Shown here piece after piece: positions 54,647 through 64,000 of a stretch of 64,000 bases of DNA. The position numbers were made by a program, and so were the translations under genes. How positions within the stretch are numbered: the first letter of the stretch is position 1; the number at the start of each line of letters is the position of its first letter. The stretch comes from an uncultured Acidobacteriota bacterium (GTDB taxonomy: Bacteria; Acidobacteriota; Thermoanaerobaculia; Multivoradales; UBA5704), in the NCBI GenBank assembly GCA_963770895.1, contig CAVYRF010000001.1, positions 512,001 to 576,000 of the forward strand, written 5' to 3'. Under the pieces are notes generated by a model. The model was not told the DNA's origin. It saw nothing but the letters and a program-made list of their open reading frames with translations, and did no database searches.

Positions 54647-57600
54647 TCAGAAAACCCTGGTAGGCGTCGCACAGGCGGGTGGCGAGAAAGTGGCGCTGCT
54701 CTTCGGTTTCCACCCCTTCGGCGACGACTTCCAGGTCGAGGCCGTGGCCGAGGTCGATGATGGCGTTGACGATGGCGCGGCTGCCGCGCACCGACGACAG
54801 GCCCGCCACGAAGGCGCGATCGATCTTGAGCGCGTCGATTTCGAACTGCTGCAGATAGACCAGCGCGGCGTGGCCGGTGCCGAAGTCGTCGATGGCGATG
54901 CGCATGCCCATTTCGCGCAGGGCGGCGACCACCTCGACTGTGCGCTCGACGTTCTGCATCGCGGTGCCCTCGGTGATCTCGAGCGTCAGGCAGGTCGGCG
55001 CCAGGCCGCTCTCTTCCAGGATGGCGGCGACGCGCGGCACCAGGTCCTTCTGCTGGAACTGGCGCGGCGACAGGTTGACCGCCACCTGCGGCGCGGTCAG
55101 GCCGCGCGCCTGCCACTGGCGCAGCTGGCGGCAGGCGGTGGCGATGACCCATTCGCCGATCGGCACGATCAGGCGCGCCTCTTCGGCGACGGTGATGAAG
55201 CGGTCGGGCAGGATGATCTCGCCCATCGAGTGGCGCCAGCGCAGCAGCGCTTCGAAGCCGCGGGTGTGGCCTGAAACCAGGTCGATCTGCGGCTGGTAGA
55301 ACAGCATCAGCTCGTCGCGTTCGAGCGCCAGCCGCAGCTCCTGCTCCAGGGTGAGGCGCACCAGCGCCTTGGCGCTCATCGCCGGAGTGCACAGCTGGTA
55401 GCCGTTGCCGCCCAGGTCCTTGGCGCGATACATGGCGATGTCGGCGCTGGTCAAGAGCCCCTCGGCGTCGGCGCCGTCGGCGGGGAAGATGCTGATGCCG
55501 ATGCTGGTGGTGAGAAAGATCCGCTGGTCGTCGATTTCAGCCGGCAGGCTGACGGCGGCCAGGATGAGCTGCGCCACCCGCGCCGCGTCGTCGGCGTGGG
55601 CGATGTGCGGCAGCAGGATGGTGAATTCGTCGCCGCCGACGCGCGCCACGGTGTCCTCGGCGCGCAGGCTGGCGGCCAGGCGCTCGGCCACCTCCTGCAA
55701 CAGGCGGTCGCCGGCGCTGTGGCCCAGGGTGTCGTTGACCAGCTTGAATTCGTCCAGGTCCATGAACAGCACCGCCAGGCCGTGCGAATGGCGGCGCGCC
55801 TGCGCCAGCGCCTGCGTCAGCCGGTCGTGGAACAGCAGGCGGTTGGGCAGGTCGGTCAACGCGTCGTGATACGCCTGGTAGACGATCTGGCTTTCGGCGG
55901 CCTTGCGCTGGGTGATGTCCACCAGCGTGCCCTCGATGATTTCCGCTTCGCCGTCGCGGCGGTCGAGCCAGGTGAGGTTGGCGAGCACCCAGACCGAGCT
56001 GCCGTCGACGCGGCGCAGCGCGATCTCTTCGTTGGTGACGCTGCCCCTGGCACGCAGCCGGTTGAGCATCGAATCGCGCTGCTGCGGGTCCAGGTAGAGG
56101 TCGTTGACGGTGGTGCCGATGCACTCGCGCCGCGAGTTGTAGCCCAGGATCTTGGCGAAGGCGTTGTTGCAGTCGAGGGTGCGGCCGTCGGGCGAGTTGC
56201 GGAACACGCCCGCCAGGTTGCGCTCGAACAGCAGGCGGTAGCGCCGCTCGGAGGCGCGCAGCGCCTGCTCGGCCTGGCGGCGATCCAGGGCGCTGGCGAA
56301 CATCTCGGCGGCGATGCGCAGCAGCGCCACGTTGTCTTCGCTCCAGCGCTTTTCCGCCTGGCGGGTGCAGAAGCCCAGCACGCCGCGGCAGGCGCCGCCG
56401 AACAGCAGCGGCACCATCAGGAGCGACCGTACGCCGGCGTCGCGCAGCACCTGGCGGTCGGCGGCCGCCTCTTCGCCCAGCGCTTCGACGCGCGGCAGGT
56501 TGAGAAAGCCCAGCTGGGCCAGCTGGCGCGCCGCCCAGCCGCCGTGGCGGCCGGCGAGCGCCTCGGCGCTGCGCGCCGACAGCGCCAGCTCGCCGGTGTA
56601 CCAGGCGCGCGTGCGGTGCGAGGCGGTTTCGGCGCCGCCGAACAGGTAGGCGAACGAGCTGTCGACGACCGAGAACTCGCCGACCGCGCGGATGGCGTCG
56701 TAGATCGCGTCGTCGAGCTGGTCGGGGGCGAGGTTGATGAAGCGCGCCGAAATGGACGTGATCAGGCGCTCGAAGCGCAGCCGCTCCTGCAGCGCGATCT
56801 CGGCCTGCAGCCGTTCGGTCACGTCCAGGGCGAAGGCGATGACGCCGACGATCTCGCCGTCTTCGTTGCGATAGGGCACCTTGTCGGTCTGCACCCAGCG
56901 GTCGCCGCTCTTGGTGTGCAGGGTCTCGACGATGCCCAGCTTGGGCCTGCCGCTGGCGATCACCTCCTGGTCGTCGCGGTGGTAGTCGTCGGCCTGGTCG
57001 GGGTACAGGTCGCCGGTGGCGGAGCCCTCGACGTCGGCGACCCGCAGCCCGATCGAATCGGCGGCCATGCGGTTGGCGCGCAGGATGCGGTTGTGCTGGT
57101 CCTTGTACCAGATCATCGCCGGCACCGAGTTGAAGATCACCGTCTGTTCGATCTGCAAGCGGCGCAGCGAATCTTCGGTGCGCTTGCGCTCGGTCACGTC
57201 GCGGAAGCTCCAGACGCGCCCGGCCGCCTGGCCGTCGAGCAGCTGCGGCTGCGAATAGCGCTCGAACACGCGGCCGTCGCGGAAGCGCAGCACGTCGAAG
57301 CTCTCGGCCTCGGGATGCGCGTAGAGCTCGCGCACCTTGTGGGTGAACGCTTCCGGATCGACCAGCTGGGCGACGACGTGGCGCAGCGCCGCCTGGTCGT
57401 CGCCGCCTTCGACGACTGCGGCCGGCAGGTTCCACAGGCGCAGGAACCGCTGGTTGTAAGACCGGATGCGGCCCGCCAGATCGACCGCCAGGATGCCGTC
57501 GGTGGTCGATTCCAGCGTCGAGCGCAGCAGCGACAGCGACTGCCGCGCCTGCTCCTCGGCCTGCTCGCGCTGGGCGGTTGCCGCGGTCACGTCGCGGGCG

Positions 57601-58013
57601 TACAGGATGCGCGCAGGCCGGCCGGCGAACTCGATGGCGGCGGCGGTCAGCTCCACGGCGATCGTGGTGCCGTCGCCGCGGCAGATCCATGCCGAGGCGG
57701 CGCGCGGCGTCACGATCGCGCCGGGCAGCTGCTCGACCGAGCGGGCCAGGAACTGCTCGCGCGACAGCTCGAACAGATCCAGCGCCGCGTCGTTGACGGC
57801 CAGGAAGCGGCCGCTGTCGGCGTCGGCGACCGCCGCGGCCAGGGGGCTGTCGTGGAACAGGCGGGCAAACGCCGCCTGGTCGCCCGCTGCCACCTGGTCC
57901 CCGGCAGGGGTCGCGGCTGCAGCCGCGGCCGGGCCGGCTGCGGCGGCGGGTGCGGGAGACGGCGTGCGGCGGCTGGCCGGTCGGCGGGTGTTGGGAGTCG
58001 AGGGTTTGCTCAT
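54585..58013 (-). CDS. PAS/GAF sensor diguanylate cyclase-phosphodiesterase (GGDEF-EAL)
   Basis: Several PAS domains, GAF (LLMVPL..GVLGF), HDALTDLPNR, RVGGDEF, FEALLRW, IDDFGTG, LKIDRAF, VAEGVET. Confidence 0.95.
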   Translation of the reverse strand: MSKPSTPNTRRPASRRTPSPAPAAAAGPAAAAAATPAGDQVAAGDQAAFARLFHDSPLAAAVADADSGRFLAVNDAALDLFELSREQFLARSVEQLPGAIVTPRAASAWICRGDGTTIAVELTAAAIEFAGRPARILYARDVTAATAQREQAEEQARQSLSLLRSTLESTTDGILAVDLAGRIRSYNQRFLRLWNLPAAVVEGGDDQAALRHVVAQLVDPEAFTHKVRELYAHPEAESFDVLRFRDGRVFERYSQPQLLDGQAAGRVWSFRDVTERKRTEDSLRRLQIEQTVIFNSVPAMIWYKDQHNRILRANRMAADSIGLRVADVEGSATGDLYPDQADDYHRDDQEVIASGRPKLGIVETLHTKSGDRWVQTDKVPYRNEDGEIVGVIAFALDVTERLQAEIALQERLRFERLITSISARFINLAPDQLDDAIYDAIRAVGEFSVVDSSFAYLFGGAETASHRTRAWYTGELALSARSAEALAGRHGGWAARQLAQLGFLNLPRVEALGEEAAADRQVLRDAGVRSLLMVPLLFGGACRGVLGFCTRQAEKRWSEDNVALLRIAAEMFASALDRRQAEQALRASERRYRLLFERNLAGVFRNSPDGRTLDCNNAFAKILGYNSRRECIGTTVNDLYLDPQQRDSMLNRLRARGSVTNEEIALRRVDGSSVWVLANLTWLDRRDGEAEIIEGTLVDITQRKAAESQIVYQAYHDALTDLPNRLLFHDRLTQALAQARRHSHGLAVLFMDLDEFKLVNDTLGHSAGDRLLQEVAERLAASLRAEDTVARVGGDEFTILLPHIAHADDAARVAQLILAAVSLPAEIDDQRIFLTTSIGISIFPADGADAEGLLTSADIAMYRAKDLGGNGYQLCTPAMSAKALVRLTLEQELRLALERDELMLFYQPQIDLVSGHTRGFEALLRWRHSMGEIILPDRFITVAEEARLIVPIGEWVIATACRQLRQWQARGLTAPQVAVNLSPRQFQQKDLVPRVAAILEESGLAPTCLTLEITEGTAMQNVERTVEVVAALREMGMRIAIDDFGTGHAALVYLQQFEIDALKIDRAFVAGLSSVRGSRAIVNAIIDLGHGLDLEVVAEGVETEEQRHFLATRLCDAYQGFLISPPVPPAEAEQFLRSPVPR

Positions 58014-58155
58014 TCGCTCGAGGCGGCCTGCTCGGCGCCCGAGAGGACAGGCTGCTACCAGGGTTGCGGCGAGGCCGGAGCCTCTCCATTATAGCGACTA
58101 TAGCGACAGATTGACCGCTGCGCTGCCGGCGCTCGCCGCCGGCCCCTGGCGGTCG

Positions 58156-59904
58156 TCAGCGGTGCGCGATCAGCAGCAGGGTGCGGGCGCGTCGCTTGAG
58201 GGCGGCCAGGACCTGGCGGGCCGTATCCGGATCGAGCGCCGCGATGGACTCGTCCAGGATCAGCACCCGGGGGTGCTGGAGCAGGGCGCGTGCCAGCAGG
58301 ACGCGGCAGGCCTCGCCCTGGGAAAGCGCCCAGCCGGCCTCGCCCACCGGCTGGTGCAGACCCTGGGGCATGCGGTCGAGGAGGCCTCCCAGGCCCAGCT
58401 CGCGGCAGACGGCTGCCGCCTCGGCGAGCGCCGGCGGGTTCGCAGTGCCGGGGGTGCTCAGCAGCAGGTTGCGCGCCAGGCTGGCGGCGAACAGGTGGTT
58501 GTCGCCCGGCGGCGGCACGGCGACCACCTGCCGCCGCCAGGCGGCCTTGCTCAAGGTGGCGGCGGCGGTGCCGCCCAGCAGCAGCAGGCCCGCATCGGCG
58601 GCCAGCGTGCCGCCCAGCAGCGCGGCCAGGGCGGACTTGCCGCCGCCCGACGGCCCGCCCAGCAGCACCCGATCGCCGTGCCGCAAGGTCAGCGAGCAGG
58701 CGTCGAGCAGCGGCGCCGTGCGGCCGGGCAGCCGCAGGCACAACCGGATGGCGGCGAGCGGCGGTGTGGTGGCAGGGGCGCAAGGCGTGGTGGGTAGGGT
58801 GGGCACGGTGGGCGCGGTCGCTGCCGCGGATATGGCGAGTGCAGTTGGCGCGGTAGGGGTGGGCACGGTGGGCGCGCCGGGTGCGGTGGAAGGGGTGGAT
58901 GGGGTGGGCACGGCAGGTGCGCTGGGTGCGGCTGGGCGTGCCGCTCCGGCGCGGCGGGCCGCGGCGGCGGAGCCGCTGACCGACAGCAGCGGCGCAACCG
59001 CTGGCCAGGCCGCCGCGGCCGCGGCCAGGTCCACCAGGCCGGCGCCCAGGCGCGACAGGGCTGCGGCGGTCAGGAAGACCGCCGCCAGCTGTGCGATGGG
59101 CGCGGCAGCCGACGGCAAAAAGCTGGCGAGCGCCGCGGTCAGCCAGCAGCGCGGCAGCACGGTGCGCAGGACGATCGCCGTCGCGTCCATCGGCAGGGCC
59201 AGGCGCTGGCTGGCGGCGAGCGCCGCGTCTTCGGCGGTGTGGCGGCGTGCGGGCGGCTCCTGGGCGCGATGGGTGCGCCAGGCGGCGAGCGCGTCCAGCA
59301 GCTGGTGGGTGAGCGCGCGGTGGGCGGCCGTCCAGGCGCGCCGGGCTCTGGCATGGCGCAGGCCGGCGGCGAGCGCGGCGACAATGGCGATGGGAGCGAT
59401 GAGGGCGGCGGTGCGCTCCGGCGGGCGCCAGGCTGTGGCAGGGTGCGGCCGGCTGCCGCTGCCGCCCGGCGCGGCGACCAGCGCCCAGGCCACGCCGAGC
59501 TCGAGCGCGGCCAGGGCGACGGCCACGGCGCCGTCGCGCGCGTGGATTTCGGCGGTCTCCAGGGCGAACGCCGCGCCCGCCAGACGGTCGGCATCGCCGG
59601 CAGGTTCGGTGCCGCTGCCGTGCACCAGGCCGTCGAAGAGGGCGGCGCGCAGCCGCGCGCCGGCGCCGGCGGCGAAGCGGGCGCCCGTCGCTGCCTCCAG
59701 CGCCCGCAGCGGCGCCTGGGCGAAAAGCAGCAGCGCCCAGGCGGCGAGCGGCGCCGCGCCATCCTGGCCCTGCCACAGTGCGGAAACCAGCAGCGCCCAG
59801 GCCGCTCCGACGGCAAGGCGCCGCCACACGGTGAGCGCCACGAGCGTCGCCGCGGCGCGCAGCCAGGGCCGGCGCCAGGGTGGGGGAGCCGGCGGCAGCC
59901 TCAC
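58156..59904 (-). CDS. ABC transporter (divergent TMD plus NBD), partner of the C39-ABC transporter
   Basis: GTG overlaps the upstream stop; GPSGGGKS, VGEAGWALSQGE, LILDES..LDP, LLIAH. Confidence 0.72.
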   Translation of the reverse strand: MRLPPAPPPWRRPWLRAAATLVALTVWRRLAVGAAWALLVSALWQGQDGAAPLAAWALLLFAQAPLRALEAATGARFAAGAGARLRAALFDGLVHGSGTEPAGDADRLAGAAFALETAEIHARDGAVAVALAALELGVAWALVAAPGGSGSRPHPATAWRPPERTAALIAPIAIVAALAAGLRHARARRAWTAAHRALTHQLLDALAAWRTHRAQEPPARRHTAEDAALAASQRLALPMDATAIVLRTVLPRCWLTAALASFLPSAAAPIAQLAAVFLTAAALSRLGAGLVDLAAAAAAWPAVAPLLSVSGSAAAARRAGAARPAAPSAPAVPTPSTPSTAPGAPTVPTPTAPTALAISAAATAPTVPTLPTTPCAPATTPPLAAIRLCLRLPGRTAPLLDACSLTLRHGDRVLLGGPSGGGKSALAALLGGTLAADAGLLLLGGTAAATLSKAAWRRQVVAVPPPGDNHLFAASLARNLLLSTPGTANPPALAEAAAVCRELGLGGLLDRMPQGLHQPVGEAGWALSQGEACRVLLARALLQHPRVLILDESIAALDPDTARQVLAALKRRARTLLLIAHR

Positions 59905-62801
59905 GGAGCGCGGCGCTCGCGGGCGATGCGGCCGCCGGCCAGCCGCAGCCGGCGCCACCCGCGCCCCTGCCACAGCTCGGCGGCCAGCCGGCGTTCGGCG
60001 GCAAGCAGCCGGGCGAAGTGGGAATCGGGGAGGGCGGCGAGGTCGCGCGGCGCGCCCTGCTCGACGATCCTGCCGGCGGCCAGGACCAGCACGCGGTCGA
60101 AGGCCAGGGCCTGGCCCACGTCGTGGGTGGCGCAGAGCAGGGTGCACGCCGCCCAGCGCCGGCGGGCGGCGGCCAGCAGGCGCGCGCGTTGCGCGCTGTC
60201 GAGGCCGCGAAACGGCTCGTCGAGCAGCGCCAGGCGGACGGCGCCGCGGGCGCAGGCGCGGCCGAAGCGCACGCGTTGCGCCTCGCCGGCGGCAAGCCGG
60301 CCGCCGCCCGCGCCCACACCCTCGCCCACCACCGTCGCCAGGCCGGAGGGCAGGCGCAGCGCCAGCTCCACCAGCTCGGCCTGCCGCAGCGTGTCGCCGG
60401 CGACGGTGGGGGCGCCCGCGGGGCTGCCGTAGATGAGGTTTTCCGCCAGCGAGCTGCGCCACAGCCGCACCTCGGGGGACACCCACGCCGTGGCGCGCCG
60501 CAGCGCGTCAAGCTCCGGCGGCAGGCCGTCGATCCGCAGCTCGCCCGCGCTCGCCTCGAACCATCCGAGCAGCAGGCCCAGCAGGGTCGATTTGCCGGCG
60601 CCGGAGGGCCCGACCAGCGCGGTATGGCTGCCGGGCGCAAGGTCCAGGTCGATCCCCGCCAGCAGCGAGCATCCGCCCAGTTCCACGATCAGCCCGCGCG
60701 CCTGAATGGCGACGCCGGGTGACCTGGCGCCTGCCCCGGCGCCGGCGTCCCCGCTTGTGTCCGGTGCCGGAGGGGGAGGGTGGATGGCCGGATGGTGGAC
60801 CGGCTGGCCGGCTGCCGGGGGCGCCTCCAGCTCGTCGCTGACCAGCGGTTCGAGCAGGCGGCGGGCCTGGTTGCGCAGCGCCGGCAGGCGCGCCGTCGCG
60901 GCGTCGCCCAGGCGCTGGCCCAGGCCGGCGATCTGCGACAGCCACAGGACGAGCAGCGGCGTGCCGGCGTCCAGGCCGTGGCGGGCCGCGTGGCGCAGCA
61001 CCATGGCGGTGCTCACGCCGGCGATCGCCCCCTGCGCCGCCAGCTCGCAAAGGGCGGCCCGCGCCGCCAGCCGCTCGTGCGCACGCGTCCATGCGGCCAG
61101 CAACTCGCCGTGCTGGCGCGTGACCGCAGCCTGGGCGCCGTGAGCGCGGATCGCGGCCCGCCCGGCGGCGGCATCGCGCCACGCCGTGTCGAGCGCCGCC
61201 GCGGCGCGGTGGCAGTCCTCCTCGCAATCGCGCAGGCCGGCCGCCGCCCCCGCCAGCAGCGGCAGCACGAGCACCGCCGCGGCGGCCGCCACCGCCAGCG
61301 GCGTCCCCGCCGGGTCGAGCCAGACGATCGCCGCCGTCGCCAGCGCCAGCTCCAGCGCCCCCCGCGCCACCTCGGCGGCAAGCTCGGGAGCGCGGCGCAC
61401 CAAATGGATGCCAAAGGCGCGCCGCGCCAGGTCGGCCGTCAGCCGGCTGGCAAAATAACTGTCGGCCAGCTGTCCCAGCCGCCGCCGCCAGAGCATGCCC
61501 AGCAGCGTCTCCAGCCGCCGCCCCAAAAGCGCCGCGCCGGCGGCGATCGCCGTTTCGGCCAGCAGCAGCGCCAGGCAAAGGGCGACCGGAATGACCAGCA
61601 CGTCGCGCCGCAGCCAGCCGGAACCCAGGGCCGGGATCACCTCGGCGGTGCGCCACAGCACCGCCGGCTCCGCCACCGCGGCGACGCTCGCCACCGCCAA
61701 GGCGATGGTCGCGGCGACCGCCGCAGCCGTGACCGCGGTTCCTGCCACCGGCGCCTGGCCCGTCATTAATACTGTGGCGAGGTGTCGCAACGGACGGGCC
61801 AGGGGATCGCTATACGTCCGGCTGGCGGGCAGGTCGGATGCGGCAGCCGCCGCCGCTGTCGCCGAGGTACTGCGCACGGTCACCAGGACCGCACCGCGGA
61901 CGGCCAGCAGCGGCTCGCCCGCGGCGCCAGATGGCTCTGCGTTGCCGGGCGCCCCGGGCGGGGCCGGCGAGGCCGCCTTCGCCGCCGCTGCCACCGGCCG
62001 CGCCGGCTGGCGGGCGCTGTCGTCGCCGGACAGCGCCGGCATCACGAACCAGCATCGGATGGGGATTCCGTACAGCGCGGGTGCGGTGGCTGGAGCGGCG
62101 GAGGCCAGGGCGGTCAGGGCCTGCAAGGCGCTGCCGGCCGCGGCGCCGCGCCGCAGGCCGCCGTCGCGGCAGAGCTGTGCGACGTGGCGCGCGGCCGCGT
62201 CCAGGGCGGCGATCGGCAGCCAGCCGGGGTGTGCCAGCGCCGCCGCGATGGCCCGCCGTGCCGCCGGGGCGCCGATCCCCAGCGCCGCCAGGCGCGCCGC
62301 CAGCGGCGCGGTGAAATCGTCGGTTGCCGCCCATGCACGCCAGGCCGCGGCCGGCACCTCCGCACGGTGCACGTACAGGTGCTCCAGCAAGCGGCTCGCC
62401 GGCGGCCAGCGGCGGCCGCGCGCCGGGTCCATCACCTGCGTGCGTCCGTACCCGCTGCGCCAGAGGACGACGAAGTGGGTGAGATGCGGCCCCTGGCGCA
62501 CCACCGCCACCGCCGGCAATGTCTGCGCCTCCGGCTGCAGCACGTGATCGACCGGCACCAGCACCTGCCGCGCCTCCAGCCCGTATCGGCGTGCCACCTG
62601 CTCCAGGACGTCGGTGGAGCTGCCGTCGCGGCCGACCGCGCACTGCCGCCGCAGCCGCTGGCGGTCCGCCGCGACGCCGTAGCCGCCCAGCAGCGCCTGC
62701 AAAGCCGCCGGCCCGCAGTCCAGCGCCGACGCCTGCATCACCACCGGCACCAACCGCTTGCGCCGGCGCCGGGCGCCAAGCTCAGCGTGAGACCCATGCA
62801 T
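59901..62801 (-). CDS. Peptidase C39-domain ABC transporter (PCAT/LanT-like)
   Basis: QASALDCGPAAL, HFVVLW, VMDPARG (Cys-His-Asp); GPSGAGKST; LLDEPF; CATHD. Confidence 0.85.
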   Translation of the reverse strand: MHGSHAELGARRRRKRLVPVVMQASALDCGPAALQALLGGYGVAADRQRLRRQCAVGRDGSSTDVLEQVARRYGLEARQVLVPVDHVLQPEAQTLPAVAVVRQGPHLTHFVVLWRSGYGRTQVMDPARGRRWPPASRLLEHLYVHRAEVPAAAWRAWAATDDFTAPLAARLAALGIGAPAARRAIAAALAHPGWLPIAALDAAARHVAQLCRDGGLRRGAAAGSALQALTALASAAPATAPALYGIPIRCWFVMPALSGDDSARQPARPVAAAAKAASPAPPGAPGNAEPSGAAGEPLLAVRGAVLVTVRSTSATAAAAAASDLPASRTYSDPLARPLRHLATVLMTGQAPVAGTAVTAAAVAATIALAVASVAAVAEPAVLWRTAEVIPALGSGWLRRDVLVIPVALCLALLLAETAIAAGAALLGRRLETLLGMLWRRRLGQLADSYFASRLTADLARRAFGIHLVRRAPELAAEVARGALELALATAAIVWLDPAGTPLAVAAAAAVLVLPLLAGAAAGLRDCEEDCHRAAAALDTAWRDAAAGRAAIRAHGAQAAVTRQHGELLAAWTRAHERLAARAALCELAAQGAIAGVSTAMVLRHAARHGLDAGTPLLVLWLSQIAGLGQRLGDAATARLPALRNQARRLLEPLVSDELEAPPAAGQPVHHPAIHPPPPAPDTSGDAGAGAGARSPGVAIQARGLIVELGGCSLLAGIDLDLAPGSHTALVGPSGAGKSTLLGLLLGWFEASAGELRIDGLPPELDALRRATAWVSPEVRLWRSSLAENLIYGSPAGAPTVAGDTLRQAELVELALRLPSGLATVVGEGVGAGGGRLAAGEAQRVRFGRACARGAVRLALLDEPFRGLDSAQRARLLAAARRRWAACTLLCATHDVGQALAFDRVLVLAAGRIVEQGAPRDLAALPDSHFARLLAAERRLAAELWQGRGWRRLRLAGGRIARERRAP

Positions 62802-64000
62802 GGTCAGGGGAAACGAGACCGCGCCAAAGAACGGCGATCGGCGCCTGGCGTCCCACCTCGATTTCGAGCGCGGCAAGGCCTTCGCCGTGCCGCAGGGGCG
62901 GCGCGGCCGGCGGCGTGGCCTGGCGCGAGCTGCCTGACGCGACCAGGGCGAGCTCGACGCGCAGGCCGCCGTCGTGTGCCTCGCCGGCCACGGCGGTGAC
63001 GGCGGCCGGCACGCCGCGGCAGCCCGGCGGCGGGCAGCGGCGCGGCCAGAAGAGAGCAGGTTGCCCGGCACGGACCCGCCCCAGGGCGCCGGCGTCCAGA
63101 GTGCCGACAATCTTCAGTGGGCCCGCCGGTACCAGCACGGCCAGCGGCTGGCCGGCCGCCACCGTGGAGCCGGCCGGCAGCGCCGCGACGGTGGCCAGCA
63201 GGCCGTCGCACGGCGCGCGCAGGCGCAGGCGTTCCAGCTGGGCCGCCCAGCGGGCGGCGCCCGCCGCCGCCACGGCAGCCTCGCCGCGCACGGCGGCCAG
63301 CTGCCGCTCCAGCTCGGCCACGGCCGCCGCCCGCGTCATGCTTGCGCCCTGGTCCTGGAGCTCGCGACGCCGGCCGGCGGCGGTCGCCGCCAGCGCCGCC
63401 TGCCGGCGCTCCTCGGCCTCGGTGCGCGCCTGCGCCAGTGCCGCGTCCGGCGCCAGGCCAAGCGCTTGCAGCTGCGCCGAGCGGGCGGCGCGATCCGCCG
63501 CCAGGCCGGCTGCCGCCGCCGCTTCCGCCGTGGCCGCCGCGGCTTGCGCCGCCGCCGCGCGGCTCTCCATCCGGCCGCTGCGCTCGCCGCCGCCGGCTGC
63601 CGCCAGCTGCCGCGCCAAGGCGGCGGCCTGCGCCGCGCACGATGCGGCGCGGGCGGCGTCCTGCCTCCAGGCGGCGAGCAGCTCGGGCGGCGGCTCCAGC
63701 TGGACCAGCACGTCGCCCGCCCGCACCGTCGCGCCCAGCCGCAGGGCGGTGGCGCCGATCCGAGCCGTCGCCGCGGCGACCAGCTCCAGCGCACCCGCGG
63801 CGGCTTCCACGTGGGCTTCGGACGCCTGTTCGACCTGGGGCGCCGGCAGCACCGCCACGACGCCGGCCGCCGCCAGGCAGAGCACCGCCGCCAAAGCGAG
63901 CAGCAGCGCCCGCCACGCCGGCCGGCGCTCCGCCGCCAGCGCGTCGAGCGTCGCCGGGAATGCAAGAGTCGGCGTCGTTGCCGCCGCCGCCGCCGTGCGG
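62782..64000 (-). CDS. HlyD-family membrane fusion protein (5' end outside the window)
   Basis: Frame open to the window edge; TM helix, VRAGDVLVQL, coiled coil, LRAPCDG, GRVRAGQ. Confidence 0.78.
   Translation of the reverse strand, partial: RTAAAAATTPTLAFPATLDALAAERRPAWRALLLALAAVLCLAAAGVVAVLPAPQVEQASEAHVEAAAGALELVAAATARIGATALRLGATVRAGDVLVQLEPPPELLAAWRQDAARAASCAAQAAALARQLAAAGGGERSGRMESRAAAAQAAAATAEAAAAAGLAADRAARSAQLQALGLAPDAALAQARTEAEERRQAALAATAAGRRRELQDQGASMTRAAAVAELERQLAAVRGEAAVAAAGAARWAAQLERLRLRAPCDGLLATVAALPAGSTVAAGQPLAVLVPAGPLKIVGTLDAGALGRVRAGQPALFWPRRCPPPGCRGVPAAVTAVAGEAHDGGLRVELALVASGSSRQATPPAAPPLRHGEGLAALEIEVGRQAPIAVLWRGLVSPDHAWVSR

Noticed and set aside
1-64000. tRNA, rRNA, integrase or transposase genes
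   Set aside because: None recognised by eye; a covariance-model scan was not possible.

Overview
Very GC-rich bacterial DNA. An ADOP-type duplicated permease, several GT-C membrane proteins and expanded HTH-TPR regulators suggest Acidobacteriota, perhaps Thermoanaerobaculia (inference). In order, the window contains: a LanC-like cyclase gene; decayed toxin-antitoxin loci; a tandemly duplicated module of a small secreted peptide gene plus an XRE-HTH/TPR regulator; an ADOP permease, an S41 peptidase and a saccharopine-dehydrogenase-like gene; a cusCBA-type heavy-metal RND operon; a split two-gene C39-peptidase/RHS toxin with two tandem immunity-like genes; an ECF sigma factor, rnd and a cupin; a mobilisation module (mobC, relaxase/primase, traF, traG/virD4) flanked by a third peptide gene, two more TPR paralogs and a stand-alone XRE; GT-C proteins; a PAS-GAF-GGDEF-EAL protein; and a C39-ABC/ABC/HlyD exporter. 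The most interesting signal is the recurring pairing of small precursors carrying a C-terminal G-x3-D-P-[N/S]-G motif (two intact with signal peptides, one pseudogenised) with one family of TPR proteins (four paralogs). This looks like an RRNPP-like peptide-receptor signalling system in a diderm lineage, and one copy sits directly beside conjugative mobilisation genes. All family calls come from motif recognition by eye; no database searches were run.
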